The translations under genes and the position numbers were made by a program. From an uncultured Gemmatimonadaceae bacterium (lineage in GTDB: Bacteria; Gemmatimonadota; Gemmatimonadetes; Gemmatimonadales; Gemmatimonadaceae), in the NCBI GenBank assembly GCA_963822945.1, contig CAWGJO010000004.1:105821-169820 (forward strand): a stretch of 64,000 nucleotides of DNA, given 5' to 3'. Below the pieces are notes generated by a model. That model made no database searches. It had not been told where the DNA came from and saw only the letters and a list, made by a program, of their open reading frames with translations. Shown here piece after piece: positions 1 to 10,612 of this stretch (its first letter is position 1; every line of letters begins with the position of its first letter).

Positions 1-1907
1 GAGCCGGGAGTGGTTCCGGCCGAACCCGCCGCTGCCGCGAGATCAAGTGGGGTCCGCGCAACAACACGAACATCCAGGAATCGGCGCTCCTGTTCTCGCT
101 GCACCACGTCGCGCAAGAACAGGGATCTCTATCTCGACGAACTACTGGATGAAGAACAAGCGACGCGGTCGAACAAGGGGAAGAACGGGCCCGGCGTATC
201 GGCTGGGTGATTCCGGCCGACCAGCGCCGCAAGGCCGACGCGGCGGACGCCGTCAACGAGCTGCGTGCGCAGGGGCTGGAGATTCCACCGCGCCACGCGC
301 GCGTTCCGGGCCGGCAACATCGAGGTGCAAGCCGGGCGACTACATCGATCCGCGGCGACCAGCCGTACCGCACGCTGGCCGACATGTACTTCGCCGTCCA
401 GAACTACGCGCCTCGGCAATCCGCGCCGTACGACGACACCGGCTGGACGTTCCAGTTCATGCGCGACATCAAGATCGTCGCCGATCACCGACAAGGCAGT
501 TCCTGCGACCAGCCGATGACGCCGGTGACGAGCCGCGTGACAGGCGGCGGGCGGTATCACCGGCAGCGGCACACGGTGTCGTCGTCGAGCACACCGCCGA
601 CAACAACCTGGTGACGTTCCGGTTCCGCTGAACGGACGTGACGATGCAGGCGGCCGAGCAGGACTTCGAGCTGGACGGCCATCACTTCCGCGCCGGCGCC
701 ATCGATCGTCGCGCAACGCCAACCGCGGCCAGCTCGAGCCGGTGCTGCAAGCGAACTCGGCCTCTCGGGCTATGCGGTCGCGTCGGCGCCGACCGTGAAG
801 ACGCACGACCTCGACGTCCCGCGCATCGGCTACGTCCACAGCTGGTCGCGCACGCAGGACGAGGGCTGGGTGCGCGCGGCGCTCGACACCTACGGCGTGC
901 CGTACACCTATTTCGCGCGACCAGAAGCTGCGGAGGCAACCTGCGGGCGAAGTACGACGTCATCGTGTTTCCGCACGTGGGCGGCAGCGCGCAGTCCATG
1001 GTGAACGGCATCGCGAAGACCGGCACGATGCCGCTGCCGTACCGAGAAGACGGCCAAGACGCCGAACCTGGGCACCCCCGACTCCAGCGCGACGACATCC
1101 GCGGCGGCATGGGAGTCGAGGGACTGCATGAACCTGTACAAGTTCGTGAAGGACGGCGGCACGCTGATCACCGAGGGCGCGACACGACGATCGTTCCCCG
1201 AGTACAACCTCACGCCGGGAGTCACCGTCGAGGAGCCGGCCGAGCTGTTCGCGCGCGGCTCGGTGATGCGCGGCGTGATTGCCGACATGAACAGCCCGAT
1301 CGTCTACGGCCTGGCCGATGCGCAGATGCCCGTCTACTTCAGTCAGGGGCCGGTGCTCAACGTCGCCGCCGGTGGCGGCGGGTTCGCGTTCAACCGGGGC
1401 GGCGCAGGGTACAGCCAGAACACGCAGCCCATGGCCACTCCGATCAAGGACATCTCGGTACTGCTCCCGGGTGGCGCGCCGCCGCTGCCCGACGAACTGA
1501 ATCCCAGGACGCAGGCGGCCGAGGCCGGCCGAGCCGGTGGACGAGGCTTCGGCCGGGGCGGACGCGGCGGTCGCGGGGGCGCGGTTTCCGAAGCGCGCCC
1601 GCGTGTCGTGATGCGCTTCCCCACGGATACCACGCAGATGTTGTTGTCGGGCGTGCTCGCCGGCGGGAGCGCGCTCGATGGACGCGCCCAACTCGTGGAC
1701 GATCCGATCGGCAAGGGACACGTGGTCATGTTCGCCATCCGCCCCTTCTGGCGGTGGCAGACCCAGGGCACGTTCATCCTCGGCTTCAACGCGATCATGA
1801 ACTGGAACGACCTGAGCGCCGGCGAGCAGTCCGGCAACGGGGCGGGGCGGTCGGGTCGCGGCGGACGGCGGGGGGCGGCCGGTAGCCGCCGCGCGTTCGT
1901 TACATGA
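1..1907 (+). CDS. M14-like zinc carboxypeptidase family secreted protein, 5'-truncated by the window edge, several frameshifts in the first ~1.1 kb
   Basis: Stitching frames gives ...WFRPNPPLP...WVIPADQRRKADAADAVNELRAQG...DQPYRTLADMYFAVQNY...PYDDTGWT...DEGWVRAALDTYGVPY...KYDVIVFPH..., then ORF 1128-1907 (FVKDGGTLITEG...GKGHVVMFAIRPFWRWQTQGTF...FNAIMNW). This resembles the C-terminal half of large M14-like proteins. The catalytic domain is outside the window. Confidence 0.6.
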
Positions 1908-1914
1908 ATGTGGT

Positions 1915-1948
1915 GAAGCGGCCCGCACCGGGTGGTGCGGGCCGCTTC
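1915..1948 (+). terminator. Perfect 15-bp GC-rich hairpin, probable terminator
   Basis: GAAGCGGCCCGCACC-gggt-GGTGCGGGCCGCTTC, 7 nt after the stop at 1907, with no strong U-tract. Confidence 0.65.
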
Positions 1949-2047
1949 GCCTTCGTCCGCCGGACGGCTCCGCGAATTCCCGGACAGTAGATAAACCGCA
2001 TACCGCCCCGATAGTTTGCGGGATCCGAAATGTCCGGAGGAGCAGCG

Positions 2048-3211
2048 ATGGGTGTCGGGCGTGTGGGGCGCCGCGGGCGGGCGATGCGGGCGGCCGCCGC
2101 GGCAGTGGCGGTGGGCGCCGCGGCGTGCGGGGGCAAGCCGCAGTCCGCGGGACCCGGCGGATTCACCATGCCGCCGGCGCAGGTGGCGGTGGTGACCGTG
2201 AGTCCCCATGTGGTGGCGACGCCCTACGAATTCGCCGGGCAGGTCGAAGCATTCCGGCGCGTCGAAGTGCGCTCGCGGGTGGAAGGGGTGATCGAAGCCC
2301 GGCCGTTCACCGAAGGGTCGCTGGTGAGGCGCGGCGCCTTGCTGTATCAGCTCGACACGGTCCGCTACTCCGCGGCGTACGAAGGCGCCCTGGCAACGTA
2401 CGACAACGCCACGCGAACGCTCGCCCGGTTGCAGCCGCTGCTTCCGCGTCACGCGGTGGCGCAGCAGGACGTGGACAACGCCCGGACGGCCGTCGAGGCG
2501 GCGAAGGCCGCGCTCGACCAGGCCCGCAAGGACCTGCAGATACGCAGATCCGCGCCGGGATCGACGGGCGCATCGCGCGTACGCGGCTGGAGGTCGGCGC
2601 TCGCGTCACCGGGCCGGCGGACCTCCTGACGACGATCGATCAGCTCGATCCCATCTATGTCGGTTTCCGTCCGCCGTCCGACCGGATCGCGGCCTGGCAT
2701 CGCAGCGCCGCGGATCGCGCGCTGATCCGGCCGGGCAGCAAGCTCAAGGTCCACGTGGTGTTCGAGGACGGCTCGGAGCTGCCCGCCGTGGGCCGGCTCG
2801 ACTACGTGTCGCCGGTGATCGACTCCGCCACCGGGACGCAGGAATACCGCGCGCGTTTCGCCAACCGCGACGGGACGCTCGTGCCGGGCGAGTTCGTGCA
2901 CGTCCGGCTCGACGGGTTCGTGGATCCGACACGCGATCACGGTGCCGCAGCGGGCGGTGCAGCAGGGGCTCGGGCGCCAGTTCGTGTATGTCGTGGGACC
3001 GGGCGATACGGTCTCGACGCGCGATGTCGTGCCCGGCCGGTGGACGGGCCACGACTGGGTGATCGACAGCGGGCTCGTGGCGGGCGACCGGGTGATCGTG
3101 GACGGGGTGCAGAAGGTGGGCCCGGGCCGGGTGGTGAAGCCCGTGCCGGCGACCGATTCGAGTGCCGGTGACGCCGCCGCGGCGGCACGCCCGGGCGGCG
3201 CCAAGCCGTGA
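2048..3211 (+). CDS. RND efflux periplasmic adaptor (AcrA/MexA family) lipoprotein, frameshifted near 2540 and 2935
   Basis: GGAGGAG RBS; lipobox AAAC; VEVRSRVEGVI...FTEGSLVRRG; next frame TQIRAGIDGRI...LLTTIDQLDPIYV...DSATGT...LVPGEFV; last frame VPQRAVQQ...GLVAGDRVIVDGVQKV. Confidence 0.85.
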
Positions 3212-6200
3212 GCGGCCTCGTGCCGACCGCCGAGGGAGGGAGCGGCGGGCCGAGCGGCGGTGGGCGTCCCCCGGAAGCGCGCTACTTCTTCATCCGGCGC
3301 CCGGTGTTGGCGTCGGTGCTGTCCATCGTCATCACGCTGCTCGGGCTGCTGGCGATCTTCGTGCTGCCCGTCGCGCAGTACCCGAACATCACGCCCCCGG
3401 CCATCCGGGTCACGGCGGTCTATCCGGGGGCATCCGCCGAGGACGTGGAACAGGCCGTGGCGGCGCCGATCGAAGAGCAGCTGGCGGGGCTGCAGGGCCT
3501 CCTCTACTACTCGTCGGCGAATTCGAGCGACGGGACGATGATGCTGACGATCACGTTCGACGTGTCGCGCGATCAGGATCTCGCGGCGGTCGACGTGCAG
3601 AACGCCATCAAGCTCGCCGAGCCGCAGCTTCCACAGTCGGTGCTCACCAACGGGATCACGATCGTCAAGGCGAACACCAACATCCTGGCGCTGGTGGCGT
3701 TGACGTCCGACGATCCCAAGTACGACGCGTCGTATCTCACCAACTACCTGAATCTGTACGTGCTCGACGAGCTGAAGCGCGTACCCGGGGTGGGCGATGC
3801 GACGGCCTTTGCCGGGCTCAACTACGCGATGCGGATCCAGCTCGATCCCGAGAAGATGGCGCGGTTGGGGATCACCGTCGGCGACGTGACGAGCGCGGTG
3901 CGCGAACAGAACGCTACCAACCCGGCCGGGCGGCTGGGGCGGGAGCCGTCGCCGCCGGGCACGGAGTTGACGATCCCGGTCACGGCGCAGGGACGATTGC
4001 AGACCACGCAGCAGTTCGACGACATCATCGTCCGGGCCCGGCCCGACGGGGCGGTGGTGCGCATTCGCGACATCGGACGGGCGGTGCTCGGTGCCCAGAG
4101 CTACGACCTGCAGGGGCGGCTGGACGGCCGGCCCACCGCGGTGGTGCTGCTCTACGCGCGGCCGGGCGCCAACGCGCTCGCCGTGAAGGATGCGATCGCG
4201 AAGCGGATGGACGAACTGTCCGCGAGCTTCCCGCGGGGCGTGAAGTACGAGATTCCGTTCGACACCACGCCCTTCGTCACCGCATCGATTCGCGAGGTCT
4301 CGATCACGCTCATCGAAGCGCTGATCCTGGTGACGCTGGTGGTGTTCCTCTTCCTGCAGAGCTGGCGGGCCACGCTGATTCCCATGCTCGCCGTGCCGGT
4401 GAGCGTGATCGGCACCTTCGGCGGGCTGCTCGTGCTGCACATGTCGATCAACGTGCTCACGCTGTTCGGCCTCGTGCTGGCCATCGGGATCGTGGTGGAC
4501 GACGCGATCGTCGTGATCGAGAACGTCGAGCGCATCATGGCCAGCGAGAAGCTGCCCGCGCGCGAGGCCGCCGACCGGGCCATCACGCAGGTGGCGAGCG
4601 CGCTGGTGGCCATCGTGCTGTCGCTCTGCGCCGTGTTCATCCCGGTGGCGTTCATCGGCGGGGTGACGGGCGCGCTCTTTCGGCAGTTCGCCATCACGAT
4701 CGTCGTCGCGGTCGTCCTGTCCGGGATCGTGGCGCTCAGTCTCACGCCGGCGCTCTGTTCGCTGCTGCTCAAGGAGTCGAACGAGGCGAACACCACCGGC
4801 TTCTTCGGCTGGTTCAACCGCACCTTCGAGCGCGGCCGCCGGCGCTACACCGGGATCACCGGGAGCGTGCTCGACCACCCCCGCGTCTGGCTCGCGTTCT
4901 TCCTGGTGATCGTCGCGCTCACGGGGCTGCTCTGGCGCCGCATTCCGACGGCGTTCCTCCCCACGGAGGACAAGGGATACATGGCGATCGCGGTGCAGCT
5001 CCCGGACGCCGCTTCCCTGCAGCGCACGGTGGACGTGGTGCAGCAGGTCGAAGGCATTCTCCGGCAGCAGCCCGGGGTGGCGCACTTCGTGGCGCTGGCG
5101 GGGTTCAGCATCCTCGGCTTCTCGTCGCAGACCAACGCCGCGACGGTGTTCGCGCAGTTCAAACCGTGGGGCGAGCGGGGGCCGGGGCAGTCGGCCGACG
5201 CGATTGCCGCGCGGGTGAACGGGGCGCTGTTTGCCCTCAAGGGCGCCACGGCGTTCGCCTTCAATCTGCCCGAGGTGCCGGGTCTCGGCACGTCGGCCGG
5301 CATCGAGCTCAACCTGCAGAACCGCAGCGGACAGGACATCCGTGCCTTCGCGCAGCAGGTGCAGGCGTTCCAGGCGGACGTGAACCAGTTGCCGGCCGCG
5401 CAGAACGTTACCACCCAGTTCCGCGCCAGCGTCCCGCAGTTGTATGTAAACGTCGATCGTACGGCCGCCAAAGCGCGCGGCGTGAATCTGAACGACCTCT
5501 TCGGCACGCTGCAGACCTTTCTCTCGTCCGTGTACATCAACGATTTCAACCTGCACGGCAAGACGTTCCGCGTGCAGGCGGAGGCCGAGCCGCAGTTCCG
5601 GCAGTCCCCGGCCGACATAGGCCACTTGTACGTGCGTGGCCGCGGCGATGCCATGATCCCGGTGTCGGCGCTCACCACGACCGAGTTCCGGAGCGGCCCG
5701 ACGGTCATTCCGCGCTTCAACGGATTCCCGTCGGCGCTGTTCACCGGCACGCCCAAGCCGGGGTGGAGCTCGGGCCAGTTGCTCAACCAGATCGACTCGC
5801 TCGTCAGGACGCGGTTCGCCTCATCGGGGGTCGGTGTCGCGTATTCCGGGCAGTCGTACCAGGAGCGAGCCTCGAGCGGTGATGCGGCGCTCGTCTTCGG
5901 CATCGGGTTGCTGATCGTGTTTCTGGTGCTCGCGGCGCAGTACGAGAGTTGGTCCGTCCCGTTCGCGGTGCTGCTCGGACTGCCGTTCGGCGTGCTCGGG
6001 GCGTTGCTCGGCATCTGGCTGCGCGGTCAGGCCAACGACATCTATTTCCAGGTGGGGGTGATCGCCGTGGTCGGGTTGGCGGCCAAGAACGCGATTCTGA
6101 TCGTGGAATTCGCCACGGAGCTGCGCGGACAGGGCATGTCGATTCGTGAGGCCGCGCACGAAGCGGCGCGCGAGCGGTTGCGCCCCATTCTCATGACCTC

Positions 6201-6417
6201 GTTCGCGTTCATTCTCGGCGTGCTGCCGTTGGCGATCGCCACCGGCGCCGGCTCGGCGAGCCGCCACTCGATCGGCACCGGAGTGTTCGCGGGCATGCTC
6301 ATCGCGACGACCGTGGGCATCTTCTTCATTCCGCTGTTCTTCGAAGTGATCCGGCAGCTCGCCGAGGGCGGGCGCGCACGGGCGGCCGCCCGGGACGCCG
6401 CGGGAGGGACACGATGA
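3208..6417 (+). CDS. RND efflux permease (AcrB/MexB, HAE1 family)
   Basis: 1069 aa; FFIRRPVLA, PVAQYPNITPP, GIVVDDAIVVIENVER, GLAAKNAILIVEFA, RLRPILMTS; GTGA overlap with the upstream gene. Confidence 0.97.
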   Translation: MSGLVPTAEGGSGGPSGGGRPPEARYFFIRRPVLASVLSIVITLLGLLAIFVLPVAQYPNITPPAIRVTAVYPGASAEDVEQAVAAPIEEQLAGLQGLLYYSSANSSDGTMMLTITFDVSRDQDLAAVDVQNAIKLAEPQLPQSVLTNGITIVKANTNILALVALTSDDPKYDASYLTNYLNLYVLDELKRVPGVGDATAFAGLNYAMRIQLDPEKMARLGITVGDVTSAVREQNATNPAGRLGREPSPPGTELTIPVTAQGRLQTTQQFDDIIVRARPDGAVVRIRDIGRAVLGAQSYDLQGRLDGRPTAVVLLYARPGANALAVKDAIAKRMDELSASFPRGVKYEIPFDTTPFVTASIREVSITLIEALILVTLVVFLFLQSWRATLIPMLAVPVSVIGTFGGLLVLHMSINVLTLFGLVLAIGIVVDDAIVVIENVERIMASEKLPAREAADRAITQVASALVAIVLSLCAVFIPVAFIGGVTGALFRQFAITIVVAVVLSGIVALSLTPALCSLLLKESNEANTTGFFGWFNRTFERGRRRYTGITGSVLDHPRVWLAFFLVIVALTGLLWRRIPTAFLPTEDKGYMAIAVQLPDAASLQRTVDVVQQVEGILRQQPGVAHFVALAGFSILGFSSQTNAATVFAQFKPWGERGPGQSADAIAARVNGALFALKGATAFAFNLPEVPGLGTSAGIELNLQNRSGQDIRAFAQQVQAFQADVNQLPAAQNVTTQFRASVPQLYVNVDRTAAKARGVNLNDLFGTLQTFLSSVYINDFNLHGKTFRVQAEAEPQFRQSPADIGHLYVRGRGDAMIPVSALTTTEFRSGPTVIPRFNGFPSALFTGTPKPGWSSGQLLNQIDSLVRTRFASSGVGVAYSGQSYQERASSGDAALVFGIGLLIVFLVLAAQYESWSVPFAVLLGLPFGVLGALLGIWLRGQANDIYFQVGVIAVVGLAAKNAILIVEFATELRGQGMSIREAAHEAARERLRPILMTSFAFILGVLPLAIATGAGSASRHSIGTGVFAGMLIATTVGIFFIPLFFEVIRQLAEGGRARAAARDAAGGTR

Positions 6418-7892
6418 AGCGACGCTCGCTCGCCCTGCTGGCTGCCGCGCCGATGGCCGCCTGCATGATCGGTCCGTCGTACCACGCGCCGGTGCCGGTA
6501 CCGGCGGGCACCGCGATCACGAGACCGGCCGTCCCCGACTCGACGCGCGCGTTCTTCGATTCACTGGCCGCCGCCCGCCGGCGCGACAGCATCGCCACCG
6601 CGGCGACGCCGGTGATGCAGCGACTGGTCGTACAGGACTCGATGGCCGGCGTGGCGTGGCTCGACATCCTGCGCGACACGACGCTCGTGAAGCTCGTGAA
6701 CACCGCGCTGCGCCAGAACCGGAACCTGCAAACCGCCGTGGCGCGCATTCAGGAGTATCGCGCGGACGCCGGCGCGGCGCGGGCACCGCTGTTCCCCAGC
6801 GTCTCCGCCAATGGGTCCGTCTCCAGCAACCAGATCGCGCTCGGGTTCATTCCGCCCGTGTCGTACCGGGCGACGCGCGTCTCCGGGGACGTGGCGTGGG
6901 AGTTGGACTTCTGGGGGCGCATCCGGCACGGCCTCGATGCCGCGAACGCGGACGTGGGCGTTCAGGTGGCGGCCGAGCGCGGCGCCGTGCTGTCGCTGGT
7001 GAGCGACGTGGCGACGTCGTATCTGCAGCTCCTGGAACTCGATCAGGAGCACGCAATCGCGGAACAGACGCTCGCCTCGCGGCGGGCCACGCTCGCCATC
7101 GCCCGCCAGCGCTACGCGCAGGGGCTGATCTCGGAACTGGACGTGAAGCAGTTCGAAGCCCAGGTGGCGGCGCCGGCCGTGACGCTGGCCCAGACGGAGC
7201 GCGAGCGGGCGCAGACCGCGCACGCGCTCAATGTGCTGCTCGGCGAGGCCACGGCGCCGATTCCGCGCGGTGGAACGCTGGCCGCGGCCGTCAAGGCGCT
7301 CGTGGTGCCGGACTCGGTACCGGCCACGCTGCTCAGCCGGCGACCCGATCTGCAGCAGGCCGAACGGCAGTACGCTGCCGCCACCGCCCGGCTCGGCATG
7401 GCCGATGCGGCGCGGATGCCGACCATCATGGTGACGGGATCGTACGGGAGCCAGGCGGCCAAGCCGGGCGACCTGTTCGGCTCGAACACACGCATCTATC
7501 AACTCCAGGCCGGCGTGTCGATTCCCATCTTCGATGGCGGGCGACTGGCCGATCAGTCGGCGGCGGCGCGGGCGCGCGTGGAGCAGGCGAGACTCCAGTA
7601 CCAGCAGGCGGCGCTCAGCGCCCTCCGTGACGCGAATGACGCGTTGGTGGCGGTGCACTCGGCGCGGGACGAGGAAGTGGCCCAGGCGACGCAGGTCGAG
7701 GCGCTCCGTGGCGCGCTCGACCTGGCGCAACTCCGCTATCAGTCCGGGCTGTCCAGCTACCTCGATCTCCTCGATGCGCAGCGAAGTCTGTTCGCGGCGC
7801 AACTGGCGCTGAGTCGGTCGCAATTGCAGCAACTCACCGCCGCCGTGCAGTTGTACAAGGCGCTCGGCGGCGGGTGGGCGGGATCGCCCTAG
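6414..7892 (+). CDS. Efflux outer-membrane factor lipoprotein (OprM/NodT family)
   Basis: Lipobox AAC-MIGPSY; WELDFWGR, LLSRRPDL, YLDLLDAQRSLF, LYKALGGGW; ATGA overlap with the permease. Confidence 0.95.
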   Translation: MKRRSLALLAAAPMAACMIGPSYHAPVPVPAGTAITRPAVPDSTRAFFDSLAAARRRDSIATAATPVMQRLVVQDSMAGVAWLDILRDTTLVKLVNTALRQNRNLQTAVARIQEYRADAGAARAPLFPSVSANGSVSSNQIALGFIPPVSYRATRVSGDVAWELDFWGRIRHGLDAANADVGVQVAAERGAVLSLVSDVATSYLQLLELDQEHAIAEQTLASRRATLAIARQRYAQGLISELDVKQFEAQVAAPAVTLAQTERERAQTAHALNVLLGEATAPIPRGGTLAAAVKALVVPDSVPATLLSRRPDLQQAERQYAAATARLGMADAARMPTIMVTGSYGSQAAKPGDLFGSNTRIYQLQAGVSIPIFDGGRLADQSAAARARVEQARLQYQQAALSALRDANDALVAVHSARDEEVAQATQVEALRGALDLAQLRYQSGLSSYLDLLDAQRSLFAAQLALSRSQLQQLTAAVQLYKALGGGWAGSP

Positions 7893-7925
7893 CGAGTCAT
7901 CGGTCCGTCATGGCCCGTCGGCCGG

Positions 7926-8954
7926 TCAACGGGCGGGTTGATGCAACGTGAGCCCGAACGCCAGCTGCGTTGTGGTCGTGTGCGACGTGAACCGCGCAGT
8001 GCCGCCCGTGAATGGGAACGTCACGATATTGTCGAGGGTCTGCCGGAGCAGGCGAACATCGAAGGCCAGTTCTGGCGAGAGGTAGTGTCGAATCCCGATC
8101 GATGCGCCGTGCGTGCGGGTGTCGTAGCGATCCGGACTCCGGCCGGTGGTCGCGTCTCCGAACACGTCGACGAAAGGCTGGACCGCGAGTGCCGCCGGGT
8201 AGTACGCGCGCACGAGGGCGCTGCCCGAGTATATCGAGATCCGGGAAAGTCCATCCTGCGCCGGTGTGTATGAGGCGCCGCCGCCAACGCCTACCTGGAA
8301 CCAGGAGGCGAGGAAGGGATCATATTCGCCGCTCAGCGAGGCCCCGTAGTGGGGCGAAACCGGTATGTTGACCGAAGCGTTCCAATCGAACGCGCCGCGC
8401 GTCTGGCGACCGACCGGCGCGTTGCCGAACAGTCCCGAGACGAAGGCCTCCGGTGCGGCGCTGAAGGCGGTCCCGGTCTTACTGCCGGGCGCCGAGCTGG
8501 AGGCAACCTGAAACCGCGCGTCGACGGCCGTGAGCGGCGTGAGAAACCGGAGCCACCCGACGGCCGCTGACGCAGTGAAGATTCCGAAGCGATGCTGTCC
8601 GCCCGATTCCCCAATCGACGCCGCGACGAAGGGCGCCGAGCGGGGGTTGTCGCCGAACAGGTAGCGGGCATTGGCCGATGCGCCGACGCTCTCACTCGCG
8701 AGCCCGGCGCTGGAGCCGGCATAGAACAGGCTGCCACCCAGTTGCAGATGGTTGTTCAGGAAGGGCGAGTATCCGAGGCCTACATTCCAGAGCGTGCTCG
8801 TGCCCTGCCGCCAGGTGACGCCGCCGCTGAGGCCGACGTTCGCCAGTCCGGTGACGGGCGCGGAGCTGCCCGCACCCCCGGTTTGCGCCGCCGCCGGCAG
8901 CGCCAGCACGATCAGGGTCAACAGCGTTGCGCTCATCGTTGCGCGTTTCGGCAT
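7926..8954 (-). CDS. Putative outer-membrane beta-barrel protein with two tandem repeat halves
   Basis: GGAGG RBS before ATG 8954; signal peptide ...LALPAAA|Q; alternating amphipathic strands; internal duplication (YSPFL..LQLG / YDPFL..FQVG; APFV / QPFV; RFLTP...DAR / HYLSP...DVR). Confidence 0.65.
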   Translation of the reverse strand: MPKRATMSATLLTLIVLALPAAAQTGGAGSSAPVTGLANVGLSGGVTWRQGTSTLWNVGLGYSPFLNNHLQLGGSLFYAGSSAGLASESVGASANARYLFGDNPRSAPFVAASIGESGGQHRFGIFTASAAVGWLRFLTPLTAVDARFQVASSSAPGSKTGTAFSAAPEAFVSGLFGNAPVGRQTRGAFDWNASVNIPVSPHYGASLSGEYDPFLASWFQVGVGGGASYTPAQDGLSRISIYSGSALVRAYYPAALAVQPFVDVFGDATTGRSPDRYDTRTHGASIGIRHYLSPELAFDVRLLRQTLDNIVTFPFTGGTARFTSHTTTTQLAFGLTLHQPAR

Positions 8955-9145
8955 GCGGAATCCTCCTGAAGTCTGGGTGCGGAATCGGCACGTGCCGGCA
9001 TCGGCGCTCGCATCCATATTTGTGCACGATTCTCTTCAGTTCATACGGGCCGGCTTCGCAATCCGTTGACATGGCAGTAGCCGTATAGTTTCGGCCTGGT
9101 GGCGGACGGCTCCGCCCGCTTCGCAACGCCGTCCGGTCTGCCGCC

Positions 9146-10604
9146 CTACGGCACGATCCGGTGACCGTTCACGAAGTCGTACAGCGTCAGTTGGCGGAGC
9201 TGGTAATAGGCCGTCCAGTATCCGCGCAGCGCCTGCACGAATTGCAGCAGCGCCTGATCCTTGTCGTTCTGGGCGATGTACAGGTTGTCGATGGTGATCT
9301 TGCCGATCACGTACCGCTCGTAAGCGACGTCGAACCGTTTGGAGGCCACGGTGTCGGCCTTCGCCGACACCGTGAGATTGCGCCCTGCCTGCGCGAGCTG
9401 CAGCGCGGCGAACCGTGCGTTCTGGATGGTCTGCTCACGCGTGGCCTGCGACGTGGCCGACTCCTGCTCCTGATCGGCCGTGGCGGCCTGGACGTCGGCG
9501 CGAGTGTGCGCCCCACTGGATGAGGGGCACCTGCACGCCCAGCGAAAGCTGCTGCGCCTGCAGCAGGTTGCGGTACGCGGCGCTCGCCGCCGACCCGCTG
9601 GCGTTGAACCCGTAGCTGGCCTGCAGCGTGGCGCCGATGCCGGTGCCCAGCCGGGCCTGGGTTACGGCGCGGCGGGCCTGGACATCCTGCAACGCGAGCG
9701 TCGTGACGGTGGAGCTGTTGTGCAGCGCTTCGGCGACGGCCCGCGCCGTGTCGAGCGGCACCACCGGTACGTCCGACGTGACGACGATGCTCACGTTCGC
9801 ATTCGCCGGCACGTTGATGGCCAGCCGGAACGCGGCGAGTGCCCGGTCGTAATCGAGCTTGGCGCCGTCCACCGAGGTGCGCGCGCGGAGCAGCGCCAGT
9901 TCGCTCTGCAGCAGATCGTTCTCGCCGATCTTGCCCACCTGGTAGCGGCCCTTGTTGAGCGTGTACAGGGTGTCGTTGACCGCGGCGTTGTGCGTCGCGT
10001 TCCGCAGCGCGGAACGCGCCGAGTAGAGATCGAAGAAGGCGCTCGCCGTCGCCGCCGCCACCGACTCGCGCGCTTCGAGGTATTGCCGCTCGGCGATCTC
10101 GGTCCGGAGGTCCTGCTCCCGCGTGTCCCACTTGATGGTGTTGGGGCGCAGGATGGGCTGCGAGAGCGTCACCGTCATCGGCGCCGACGACCAGGTGCGT
10201 ACCTGCTGGGCGCCGCTCATCTGAAAGCGCTGCAGCGAGGACGACACGCTGAGGTTGCCCCCCGTGAAGGGGAGCTTCTGGGAGATGGTGAGCCCGAGTT
10301 GCGACGTCGTCTGCTGCAGCGGGGTGAACAGCTGCGCGCCGCTGGGTTGGATGACCGGCACGATGGCCCGGCTGTAGTTCGGGACCGTTGCCGCGAGACT
10401 GATCTGCGGCAGGAGCCGAGCCCCGTAGGCATGATCCCGGGCCAGCGCGGCGGCGAGCGCGTCCCGGGCGGCGCGTGCCTGCAGGCCCTGCTTCTGCGCC
10501 AGCGCGATGGACTGTTGGAGCGTGAGGGAATCCTGGCCGCGGGCGGCCGGCGCGAACAGACAGAGGGCCGCGAGGAGGACCCCGGGAATGACGGGTCGGA
10601 TCAT
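9146..10604 (-). CDS. TolC family outer-membrane protein, frameshifted near 9500
   Basis: Signal MIRPVIPGVLLAALCLFAPAARG|Q; LTLQQSIALA, RYQVGKIGENDLLQSEL, VQVPLIQWG; C-terminal ORF 9146-9370 (RYVIGKITIDNL...YYQLRQLTLYDF). Confidence 0.85.
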
Positions 10605-10612
10605 GGGGTGGC

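Noticed and set aside
2449..5625. Long antisense ORFs (also 29230-31446, 43002-45899, 54551-57565, 59604-61637)
   Set aside because: These are shadow ORFs opposite well-supported genes, expected at 70% GC, and carry no recognisable motifs.
9066..9089. TTGACA...TATAGT sigma70-like promoter on the + strand
   Set aside because: The spacer is only 12 nt and no + strand gene lies downstream.
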